Assembly: GCA_963740275.1 (NCBI GenBank)
Contig: CAVUDT010000002.1
Location: 227,418 to 291,417 of the forward strand
DNA length: 64,000 nt
Source of the DNA: an uncultured Acidobacteriota bacterium
Lineage (GTDB): Bacteria; Acidobacteriota; Vicinamibacteria; Vicinamibacterales; 2-12-FULL-66-21
Reading direction: 5' to 3'
Below the pieces are notes generated by a model, which was not told the DNA's origin, made no database searches, and saw nothing but the letters and a program-made list of their open reading frames with translations. The position numbers and the translations under genes are program-made. Below, in pieces: positions 9,701 to 20,745 of the stretch (its first letter is position 1; each line of letters begins with the position of its first letter).

Positions 9701-11249
9701 CCCGGGACGGCGGCGGCGAGGCCGGCGGCGGCCGCTGCCGGTGCGCCGGCACGGATCAGACGACGGTCCGGCAAGGTCTGCGACGGATCGAGCGCGCGCA
9801 ACTGGTGGGGCTGATCGCTGAGCGCGGCGACGAGAAACGCGACCGTCTCCGGCTGGGCAAAGAAATTGACGTGGGTCACGTCATTGCGGTCGATGTTGCC
9901 GCCCGGACCGAAGCATCCGATCCGTGATCCGGGAATGAAGGCGCCGCCCGACGGATCGACCCGCCATCCCCCCGCCGACGGCACGACCAGGTCGTTGGCC
10001 GTGTTGAAGAACTGGTCGACGCCGGTGTCGAGCAGCCGCTGCAGCACGGTGGCATTCGGGCTGTAGTTCGCCGCCAGTGCGAAGTAGCGGTCGGGCGGTG
10101 GTCCCGGCGGGGCCTGGAGCTCACGAATGAGGTCACCGTCGCCGTCCATCGAGTGCAGGCCGGGCAGGTCGCCCGACGCATGGCGGGCGATCCACACCAG
10201 ACCGTTCGCCACGAACTCGGCGCCGGTGGTGAAGGGGTTGTCCGGAAACAGCTCGAGCAGGTTCGCCACCCAGCCGACGGTGTCCTCCCAGCGTTGCGGC
10301 GTCGCCAGCGGCGTCCCTTCGTTGGGGGACGCCACCAGCACGGCGCGGCCCAGGGCGAAACGCGAGGCGAGCGCGTCGAACGCCTGCTGCCGTTCGACGA
10401 GGTTCCTCAACACCAGCCCGCCCCGCGAGTGGGTGATGACATCGAAGGTGAACGTCTTCTTCGGCAGTCCTTCGAGCAGCATCCGCGCGTTCTCTTCCGG
10501 CGTCCGGCTGATCGAGAAATGGTCGAACGCGAAGATGCGATCGCCGTAGAGCGGCGCCACTGCTTCGAAGAAGTTCGACGCGGCCAGGGGACCGAATGCG
10601 CTGGCGGCGTTCGAGAAGGTGCCGTGAATCAGCAGCAGCGACCGCTCGGTTGACGACGGCTTGCCGGGCGGCGAGGATGCCGGCGGCGAGCGTCTCCTTG
10701 TTGACCCTGAGCCAGGCCTCCTGCAGCCCTCGCGACTTCCACACGCTGGTCTCGAACATCCGGGCCAGCTTCGGCAGCACGAAACCGGCGGCGCTGTCGA
10801 CCACGCCGCCGGCGACCTTGACCACGATCGACCTTGACCGCCTTGCTGACGAAGCCGCGGCTGGTCGCGAGATCGGCGCCACCCTCCGCCCGGCGAACCG
10901 GGGCGACGAACCGGACTTCGACCGGACCGCCGCGGGTCCGGCCGACGGCCGTCCGCGGTCCGTGGAAGGTCAGCGCACCCGACGGGTAGCGCAGCACCAG
11001 CACGGCGGCCTCTCCCGGAGGGAGCTCGGCGCTGATGTCGAGAGTGGCTGGGGTGGGGCCCACTCCATGGGTGCGCGTTTCGCGCGTGCCCGCTCCGCGG
11101 ACCGGCGGCTTCGGGATCGCGACGAACTCTTCGGTTCCAATCGCGTGGGTCAGGAATTCGGGTGGCAGCCCGGGCATCGCCGCTTCGCGGCCACGCGTCG
11201 TCGCAGTCCTCTGGAGATCCCATCCCGGCGAGTTCAGTTTGACGGCCAT
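6724..11249 (-). CDS. ~1,500-aa multidomain protein: unknown N-terminal domain, alpha/beta-hydrolase (esterase/lipase-like), middle domain, CHAT caspase-like protease domain, and a C-terminal TPR-like helical domain. The reading frame is disrupted twice near the 5' end.
   Basis: Hydrolase: LLLIHGTFSN...FDVITHSRGGLV (nucleophile-elbow variant). CHAT: RVVHVAGHGEP...ELVFVNCCHLA...VRCVVAAGWAVDD (His/Cys dyad). C-terminal 400 aa is alpha-helical repeat. Start ATG 11249 has a GAGG SD. Frame changes at ~10830 (16-bp tandem duplication gaccttgacc...) and ~10665 (1-nt indel in gccgcccggc). All three frames read as sensible peptide across the junctions. Confidence 0.7.
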
Positions 11250-11266
11250 GTAACCTCTACGGCGGC

Positions 11267-13218
11267 TTGCGGAAGCCTATATCGTTTTGCGCAGCCCGTC
11301 AGCCGTCCACGCCCGGCACAATCCCGGCCGAACCTGACTATGATGAGCGCGTGCCCGCGCTGCTCATCGCCGCCCTGATCGGCCTCATCGTCCAGCAGCA
11401 GCCGACGTTCCGCAGCCGCGTCGAGCTGATTCGCCTCGACGTCGGGGTGGTCGACAAGGACGGCCGGCCCGTCCGCGATCTGCGGGCCGAAGACTTCGTG
11501 GTGCGGGTCGACGGCGCCGAGCGGCGCGTTTCCTTCGCGCACTTCTACGGAGCGGATGACGGGCCCCGCGCCGTGCAGGGCGATGCGCCGGTCGCGGTCG
11601 CCTCGAACGCGAGCGCCGTCCCCGGTCGCGTCGTCGTCCTGGTGGCCGATCTCGAGAGCGTCACCCAGGGTTACGAGAAGCCGATCTTCGATACCGCCGC
11701 AGGTCTCATCGACCGGCTGGCACCGTCGGACGCGGTCGGCCTGCTTGCCCTCAACGGGCGCAGCGTGGAGCTGACGCGGGACCATCGGAAGGTACGGGAA
11801 GCACTCGAGGGTCTGCGCGGATTTGCCTCGTCACCGACGTTTCGCTACCGGATGTCGGTCCGCGAGGCGGAAGCGTTCCGGAGCCGGCGACACCCGGATC
11901 ATCGGGGAAGTGGTCGAGCGAGAGTGCCGGGCCAGCGACACCATGTGCCCGCGGGAGCTGCGGGACCAGGCGATGCCGCTGCTGATCGAGGCCGACCGCC
12001 GGACCCAGGTGCTGGTGACCGCTCTCACTTCGCTGTTCGAGCGCCTCGAACCGATCGACGCGCCGAAGAGCGTCGTGCTGCTGTCAGGCGGCCTGCAGCG
12101 CCGGCAGGGCAGTGCCGGATGGTTCTCGGACCTGGAGCGGCGATCGCGGTCGGCCGGGATCTCGATGTCGATCGTCCAGATCGAGCAGGCCGAGAACGAC
12201 GCGTCCCGCCGCGGGCCCGGCGGAACGCCGCCGCGCGCCGATCTGACCGACGGCCTGTCCGCGATCGCCGGAGCGACAGACGCCGCGATGTATTACGGCA
12301 TCGCGTCGGGCGACGGGCGCGTTCGACCGTATCCGCAGCGAGATCGTCAATTCGTACCAGCTTGGCGTCGAGAGCCTGCCGTCGGACGCCGGCGATCGCA
12401 AGCACCGGTTGACGGTCGAGGTCAGGCGCAACGGCGTGACGGTGCGGGCGCGCAAGGAGATTGTCGTGTCGAGCACGCCGCGGGCCGCGTCCAACCCGGT
12501 CGACCTGCTGGCCCAACCGATCGATTTCACCGAGCTGCCGCTCACCGTCGCCACCTTCACCACGCGCGGCGAGGAGCCGTCCACCTTGAAGGTCATCGTG
12601 CTCGTGGAGGTCAGCGCCGGCGCTGCCGAAGCCGCCGGAGGCAGCTATGCCTTCTCAATCGCCGCGGCGCCTGCGAAGCCGGTGTTCGAGACGGCGGACC
12701 GGCTTGCCGCCGGTTCGCCGGCTTCCGCTGTGGCGGCGCAGATCCCGCCGGGCCGTTACCGGCTGCGCGCGGCCGCCGTTGATACCGCCGGCCGGCAGGG
12801 CTCGCTCGACATGCCGATCGTGGTTGGGCTGCGGCAGGTTGGCGCGCTGCAGTTCAGCGATCTCATTGTCGGACGGCTCGAGGGGGCGTTCACGCCGGCC
12901 ACGCGCGTACCGCCAGGGGTCCCGCTCGTGTCGGTCCTCGAGCTGTACAGCGCGGACCCGTCTCAGCTCGAAGGGCTCGACGTGTCGGTGGAGCTGCGAC
13001 GCGCCGGTGGGACCACGGAGCCGACGCTGGTGCCGGCGGAAGTGCGCAAGACGAGTCTCGACCGACGGCGGATCGCCAACGCGAACATTCCGGCCACGTC
13101 CCTCGCCTCCGGCACATGGCTCATCTCGGCGGTCGTGCGGCGAGGCAGCGAGGTCCTGGGTCAGGTAACCCGCGGCATTTCCGTCAGCCCCCCAGTTGGC
13201 GGGGATCAGCTCAAGTGA
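11267..13218 (+). CDS. VWA-domain protein of the acidobacterial TIGR03436-like family (~650 aa), frame-disrupted at ~11885 and ~12323
   Basis: N-terminus ...LIVQQQPTFRSRVELIRLDVGVVDKDGRPVRDLRAEDFVVRVDG parallels the two downstream paralogs (LRSGVELVSLNVSV...). Three consecutive ORF pieces (11267-, 11823-, 12409-13218) each read sensibly and join by 1-nt shifts. The start is uncertain (TTG 11267 or GTG 11351). Confidence 0.6.
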
Positions 13219-13231
13219 CAATCGACAATCA

Positions 13232-14762
13232 ATGACTGACACCAACAACAACGGTCTGATCGACCGCCGTTCGTTCATCGAGACCCTTGCCGCCCTGGCA
13301 ATCGTGCCGGGCGGGAGCCGCCCGGCAGGCGCAGCGGAGCAGCAGCCCGCGCCGGCGTCACGTCCGGCCGGGACGTTCAACGGCATCCAGATGGGCCCGC
13401 ACACCATCCTGGACGAAGGGATCGAGCGCACACTCGACCTGATCGGCGAGACGGCCGGGATCAACGCCGTGATGCCGTACAGCCATGCCTACAACGCCGG
13501 CCTCGTGAAGCGACTGCGGGACCGCGCCGATCATGGCGTGCCGCTCACCGATAACACCGCGCGCCGCTTCCCGCTGGTGTGGGTTCGCACGCACGATCGG
13601 TACTACAAAGACACCAGTCTCCGGCACCAGGTCGTCGCCCCGGAAGACGAACACTCGAAGCGCGATCTCTTCGCCGAGCTCGTCGAGCCCGCACGCAAGC
13701 GCGGGATGAAGATCTATGCCCGCATCCTCGAGTCATCGGCGATGAGCCGGGTCGTGGCCAACTACGCGCGGGTGGTCACCCGCGACGTCGACGACAAGCC
13801 GACCAACGTCGCCTGCTGGAACCATCCGGAGTACGTCGCGTTCTGGGCGGGGACGATGGAAGACCTGTTCCGCAGCTACGACCTCGACGGCGTCCAGTGG
13901 GGAGCCGAGCGGATGGGGCCGCTCATGAACGTCATCTCCCCATGGAACAACAACCCGCCGACCTGCTTCTGTGAACATTGCCGCGCCCGCGGCCGGGCGG
14001 TCGGGATCGAGGCCGAGCGCGCGCGCCAGGGTTACAAGGAGCTCCACGCATACGTGCAGGGGCAGATGGCCGGCGCCCCGCGTCCGCCCGAAGGCATGTT
14101 CGGCGGGTTCCTGAGGGTACTGATCCGATATCCCGAGATCCTGAGTTGGGAGTAACCAGTACCGTCTCGGCCGCGAAGCGATCTGCGCGGCGATGTACGC
14201 GCGTGCCAAGCAGGTCAAGCCGTCAGCGGAAATCGGCTGGCACGTCGATCATCAGCCCTCGAGCTGGGACCTCGTCTACCGCGCCGAGATGAGTTACGCG
14301 GAGATGGCGCCGCACAGCGACTTCGTCAAGTTCATCGGCTACCACAACGTGTTGTCGCCGCGCATCCGGGATTGGTATCTCCCGCGCTTCCAGAAGTCGA
14401 TCCTGGGAGAGATCTCGCTCGACGCCTCGCTCGAGCTCTACTACGACCTTTTCGGCTACGACAAGAAGGTGGAGCCGTCACTCACCGAGCTGGGGCAGCG
14501 CGGGTTCACGCCTGACTACGTGTTCAGGGAAACGAAGCGCAGCGTCGCGAGCGCGGCGGGCAAGACGAAGATCTACACCGGTGTCGGCTTCGATGTGCCG
14601 GGAAGCCCGGCGGATGATCCCGACCAGATTGCCGAGGCCGTGCGCCGGTCCTTTGCCGCCGGCGCCCACGGCATCGTCGTGTCGCGTGAATACGAGGAAA
14701 TGAAGGTCGAACACCTCCGCGCGGTCGGCCGCGGGTTCAGGGACGTGACCCGAAACGCCTGA
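13232..14762 (+). CDS. hypothetical exported protein with a twin-arginine signal (RRSFIETLAALAI), ~510 aa; a frame shift near 14145 joins two ORF pieces
   Basis: Tat motif after MTDTNNNGLID. There is a CxCxxC-like segment (PTCFCEHC). The second piece (14163-14762) continues in the +1 frame without an upstream start of its own. No family recognised. Confidence 0.45.
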
Positions 14763-14920
14763 AAGCGGCGGTCGAACCCTAAGGATCCGAGCTCAGCAGA
14801 AACAAAGCTACGAATTTGCTGTTGCAAGCCGACTGATCCGGGGGATCATCGCTCGCGATCTTCCGAGAGACCTCAGGCGTGGGAATTACCTGAAACGTGC
14901 TCGGTGAGGAAAGGACTCAC

Positions 14921-15950
14921 ATGCGCTCTGCCCGGATCCTATTACTTTCTGTCGTCGTCGTCGTCGCTGGCCTGCCCGTTTCGGCCCAGCAGCCGAAGCC
15001 GTACGACAGTTTCTATACGTTCGGCGACAGCCTCGCCGACAACGGCAACCTGCTGACCTACACCGCGCTTCTCAGAGCGGACCCGGCCATCCCTCCGTCG
15101 GTGAGCCCGCACCGGACTTACTTCCAGGGACGGTTCTCAAACGGGCCGGTTGCCTTCGAGTACCTGTGGTGGATGATCAAGCAGAAGCCGTTTCAGCTGA
15201 ACGGCGGGCTGCAGCCCTTCTTGAAGGCGCCGGTCCTCGGGAAGACTGGCGCAGTGAACTTCGCATTCGGTGGCGCTACCACTGGCCCGATCACGGAGCT
15301 GCCTGGGGGAATCTTCATCCCCGGCCTCAGCCGGCCAGGTCGCGCTGTTCAAGGCGGCGTTAGTCGGAAAGAAGCCATCGTCGCGCGCGCTCTACGCGAT
15401 CCTTGCCGGCTCCAACGATTACTTCAGTCTGCCGAACATTCCGGACGGCGGGCAGCAGGCGGTTGCCGCCCAGGTCGTCGGTAACATCGCCCAGGCGGTG
15501 GCCGCGCTACACAAGATCGGCGCCCGCAACCTGGTGCTGATCAACCAGCCGGACCTGGGAGCGATTCCGCTGGTCGCCTTCGATCCGGAGCGTGCCGCCA
15601 GCCTGTCCAGGCTCTCGGCCGCCCACAACGTGGCGCTTGCCGCCGCCATCCCGGCGCTCGAGGCGGCGTTGCCGGGCCTCAACATCATTCCGATCGACCT
15701 GGCGAACGTGCTGGGCGGTCTTCCTCCCGGCATCCAGCTCACGCCGGCGATCGACTCCATGCTGCTGCCGCCACCCGGCCTCGGCGGACTGCCGATGTCG
15801 GTCTGCCTCTTCGTCGCCCCGCAGTTCTGCGAAGACGTGCCCACGTTCGACGTCGGCTTCGGCTTCCTGTTCTGGGACGCCGAGCACCCGACGACGGCGA
15901 TTCACCAGGCCCTGGCGCAGTATCTCTACTTCGCGATCCAGAGCAACTGA
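14921..15950 (+). CDS. secreted SGNH/GDSL lipase/esterase; frame shift near 15335
   Basis: Signal peptide MRSARILLLSVVVVVAGLPVSAQQ. GDSL block YTFGDSLADNGN. C-terminal DxxH block LFWDAEHPT. SD gaggaaagg lies 7 nt before ATG 14921. The two ORF pieces join at ccggccagg. Confidence 0.7.
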
Positions 15951-16098
15951 GAGCGAGCGGACCAGACCCGTCGACCGGAACCGGAGCATCCACATGAGCA
16001 GAGTCGTCGTCTTAACCGGACTGACATCGGCCGTGACGCTCAAGGTTCCGGTCATCGGGTGAAGCACGATCGCCGGCCGAAGTGATCTCGACCGCCCG

Positions 16099-16959
16099 GT
16101 GGTGACGCCCCACCACCACTGTCTGAATTGTGGATCCGAGCTGCAGGGTCCGTTCTGCAGCCGGTGTGGGCAGCGGGCGATCGCAGCGTATCCCACCATC
16201 CGGGAGATGTTCGGGGACGCCTGGCACGAGCTGAGCGGCTATGACGGTCGCTTCGTGAGAACCTTCCGGCGGCTGCTCGGCCAGCCCGGTGCTCTCACCG
16301 TCGACGTCCTCGAAGGGCGGCGGGCCCGATACATCTCACCGGTCCGGCTCTACCTGATGGCCAGCGTGATTTATTTCATCTGCGCCGCGAGTGTGCCGAA
16401 TATCGAGCGGCCGCCACCAGCCGCCCTGCCGGGCTCGAAGGTAAAGGTGGCAATCGATGGATCGGGCCGGGCGTCGGACCTGTCGGCCGAGGATCGCGCG
16501 CGTGCATTGGAGGACCTCGAGCGCGCGCCGTGGGTGGTGCAGAAGGTCCTTCGACCGGTAGTGACCGACGCGGACGGGTTCAGGAGCCGGTTCCTTCACA
16601 CGCTGCCGCGCGTGCTGTTCGCGCTGGTGCCGCTGTTCGCCGCGATCGTCGGGCTGTTCCATCGCCGCCGCCGTTTCGCCCAGCACCTGGTCTTTGCCCT
16701 GCACCTTCAGACCACGATCTTCATCGCGCTGACCCTGCGCGAGCTCTCGCAGCTCACCTGGAGCCGAATCGTCCTCGGGATCTTCGAAGTCGGCAGCGCC
16801 GTGTTCATCATCGTCTACGGCGTGCGAGCCCTGCGCCGGGTCTACCGTGAAAGCTGGCCGCGAGTGCTGGCGAAGTCGGTGGGGATCACCGTGCTCTACG
16901 TGGTGGCCGGGGTTACCGCGATCCTGGTGACCGGGGTGTTGACGGCGGTGATCCAGTGA
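16099..16959 (+). CDS. DUF3667-type membrane protein with N-terminal zinc ribbon
   Basis: CLNCGSELQGPFCSRCGQ followed by several TM helices. Confidence 0.65.
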   Translation: MVTPHHHCLNCGSELQGPFCSRCGQRAIAAYPTIREMFGDAWHELSGYDGRFVRTFRRLLGQPGALTVDVLEGRRARYISPVRLYLMASVIYFICAASVPNIERPPPAALPGSKVKVAIDGSGRASDLSAEDRARALEDLERAPWVVQKVLRPVVTDADGFRSRFLHTLPRVLFALVPLFAAIVGLFHRRRRFAQHLVFALHLQTTIFIALTLRELSQLTWSRIVLGIFEVGSAVFIIVYGVRALRRVYRESWPRVLAKSVGITVLYVVAGVTAILVTGVLTAVIQ

Positions 16960-17246
16960 TGCGCCTGATCGGAGCGTGGGCCCTCGGCGTGGCCGGCCTG
17001 CTCTGGGCCAGCGTGCTGAACTTCGCCGGGTCGATGCGCAGCGCGCCCTCGATGACGCTGGTGGAGGCGCTGCTCACTACGCCGTTGCCGGCAGCCGCGC
17101 TGTTCCTGGCGTACGGGACCGTCACCCGGGCGCGACGGGGAGAGATACCACGCTCCCGCCTGTGGTGGGCTTCGCCGGTCTTCGTGATCGGCGCGCTCGC
17201 GCTGCTGGTGGGATGGAGCCTGTATTTCAGGCTCGGGCTGACCTAG
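16956..17246 (+). CDS. small hydrophobic membrane protein (96 aa), start overlaps the previous stop (ATGA)
   Basis: Three predicted TM segments. Translationally coupled to the DUF3667 gene. Confidence 0.4.
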   Translation: MMRLIGAWALGVAGLLWASVLNFAGSMRSAPSMTLVEALLTTPLPAAALFLAYGTVTRARRGEIPRSRLWWASPVFVIGALALLVGWSLYFRLGLT

Positions 17247-17271
17247 AGAGCGGCCTCGCCCTCGCGTGCCG

Positions 17272-18260
<989 letters not shown>

Positions 18261-18277
<17 letters not shown>

Positions 18278-19806
18278 GACCCGGCGGCAGATCCCTGAAG
18301 TGATCGACCAGCGCATCGACGAGATCCGGGATGGTATAGCGCTGCGGCTGCACCGTGGTGACGATCCCGAGCTGTTGCGCGGCTTCGGCGGTGACCGGCC
18401 CGATCGACGCGACCACGGTGCTGCGCAGCAGGTCGGCGGCCTGTTCCTGCCCGTGGATCTGGGCGAAATTGCGGACCGTGGAGGCGCTGGTGAACGTCAC
18501 GGCGTCGATGCGCCCGTCGAGCAGCATCCGGTAGATGTCGACGCCCCCGCCTGGATCCGCCGGGGCCAGCGTCGTGCGGTAGGCCACGACGTCGGTGACC
18601 TCGGTGCCGGCGGTGCGGAGTTCGTCGAGCAGCGTGTCACGGGCGATGTCGGCGCGCGGGAGGAGGACGCGCTTCCCCCGCAGCGGGCCGGCGGTCCGCA
18701 GCGAGTCCATCAGGGCCTCGGCCCGGAACTCCGGCGGCGTCAGGTCGGCGCGGATTCCGTAGCGCAGCAGCCGGGACGCGGTCGACGGTCCAACCGTGCA
18801 GATCTTCACGTCCTTCAGCTGGCGCACGTCGGCCACCGAGGTCAGCCGCGACATGAAGCTGTCGACCGCGTTGCCGCTGGTGAAGATGATCCAGTCGAAC
18901 GAGGAGGCGTCGGCGACCGCCTGGTCGAGCGGTGCGGGGTCCTCGGGTGCAGCGATCCGGATGGTCGGCGCCGGGATCGCTTCCGCTCCCCGTTCCTCGA
19001 GCATCTCGATCAGCTCCCCGGCCTGTTCGCGCGAGCGGGTCACCACGATGCGCCGCCCGAAGAGCGGCCGGTCGTCGAACCAGCGGAGATGTTCGCGCAA
19101 TGCGGCCACCCGTCCGATGACGAACACCGCCGGCAGATCGACCCGCGCATCCGCCGCAATGGTCGCGAGCGTGCCGGTCACGGTCTGCTGTCTTGCGGTC
19201 GTGACGTTGTAGACGAGGGCGGCGGGCTCCTCCGGCGGACGGCCGTGAGCCACCAGCGCCGACGCGATCGCGCCGATCTGGCGGGCGCCGGCGTAACAGA
19301 CGATGGTGCCGCCGAGGCTGCCGAGGCCGCTCCAGTTGACGTCCGGCGCCTCTTCCGATTCCCCCTCGTGCCCCCGCACGAAGGTCAGCACGTCGTCGGC
19401 CCCCGGGTAGGTGAGCGGGATGCCGGCGTAGGCGGCGCCGCCGATCGCCGCTGGAATGCCGGGCACGATCTCGAACGCGGATGCCCTGCTCCCGGAGCAG
19501 CAGCGCTTCCTTCCCGCCGCTGTCGAACACGAACGGGTCTCCCCACTTCAACCGAACGACCGATTTGCCCTCGCGCACCTTTTCCGCGAGCAGGATGCTG
19601 ATCGCCTCCTGGTCCATCGATCGCGGCGCCGCCGGGCCGACGTCGATCCGTTCCGCCCCCGGACGGGCGGCCCGCAGGAGCGCCGCCGGCACCTGGTGGT
19701 CGTAGACGACGACGTCGGTGGTCTCGAGCAAAGCCCGTCCACGGACGCTGATCAGCGACGGGTCGCCCGGGCCGGTTCCGACGATGTAGACGCAGAGTGG
19801 TGTCAT
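18261..19806 (-). CDS. cobA-hemD: uroporphyrinogen-III C-methyltransferase fused to uroporphyrinogen-III synthase; frame shift near 19474
   Basis: N-terminus VYIVGTGPGDPSLISVRGRALLETTDVVVYD (SUMT). ...FEIVPGIPAAIGGAAYAGIPLTY. The C-terminal half RRIVVTRSREQAGELIEMLEERGAEAI...FDWIIFTSGNAV is the HemD fold. Confidence 0.75.
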
Positions 19807-20745
19807 GAATTCAGCAGTTCCCGGGCGCCGCGTGACGCCAGCTCCCGACCGAGCCGCGTCCCGGCCCCGGCCGGGTCGCCCGGCTCTCCCGTGATCGCCG
19901 CTTCGATGATTTCCGTGCCGTCCGGCGACGCGGCGATCGCCCGGACGAGCAGCTCGCCGGACTGTATTTCAGCGAAGGCGCCGAGCGGCAGCTGACAGCC
20001 GCCACCGAGCTCCTCGACGACCGCCTGCTCGGCGGCCAGCGCCGCGCGTGCCGGAGCGTCGTTCACCCGTGCCAGCAGTTCGAGGATCTCGCCGTCCGCC
20101 GCGCGCGCCTCGATTGCGATGATGCCCTGTCCGGGGGCGGGCACGCAGTCGGTCACCGCCACCGCGGCGGTGATGCGATCGGCGAGGCCGAGGCGCCGCA
20201 GACCCGCACAGGCGAGGATCAGGGCGTCCACGGTCCCGCCATCGAGCTTGCGAAGGCGCGTGTCAACGTTACCGCGGATCGGCTCGAAGCGGGCGTCGGG
20301 AAACATCCGCCGGAATTGTGCGACCCGCCGGGGGCTGCCGGACCCTATCAGGGACAGAGGGTGCGGGGGGTGCGCACACGGGGTGCGGGGGGTGCGACGT
20401 GGACAACCCGTCGTGCGGGGGGTGCGGAAGGACCAGGGCGTCGCGTGGGTCTTCCCGCGGCAGCACGGCGCCGATGGTCAGGCCGGCGGGGGAGACGGCG
20501 GGCATGTCCTTGGCGCTGTGGACGGCGAGGTCGATCGTTCGGGCGAGCAGCGCTTCGTGGATCTCCTTGACGAACACGCCCTTGCCGCCGATCGCGGCGA
20601 GGGGGGCGTCCTGCTGGCGGTCGCCGCCGGTGGTGATCGTGACCAGCTCGGTCTCGACCCCGGCCTCGCTCAGCGCCGCCGCGACGGCCCGCGCCTGCCA
20701 GAGCGCCAGCGGGCTGCCCCGGGTGCCGATGCGCAGCGCCCTCAC
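19803..20745 (-). CDS. hemC: hydroxymethylbilane synthase (porphobilinogen deaminase), interrupted by a 52-nt repeat insertion that shifts the frame
   Basis: N-terminus [18 protein letters not shown]...[15 protein letters not shown]...[11 protein letters not shown]...[10 protein letters not shown]-terminus [40 protein letters not shown] start overlaps the hemA stop (GTGA). Confidence 0.8.
20362..20413. repeat. 52-nt insertion made of extra copies of a G-rich 14-mer (GTGCGGGGGGTGCG on the + strand) inside hemC
   Basis: Three copies of cgcaccccccgcac on the coding strand. Removing 20362-20413 restores [21 protein letters not shown] in one frame. Confidence 0.6.

Noticed and set aside
10629-11249. 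Separate 206-aa gene upstream of the CHAT ORF
   Set aside because: Its sensible sequence runs into the CHAT reading frames through two short junctions without an intervening stop-start structure. It is better explained as the N-terminal domain of the same protein.
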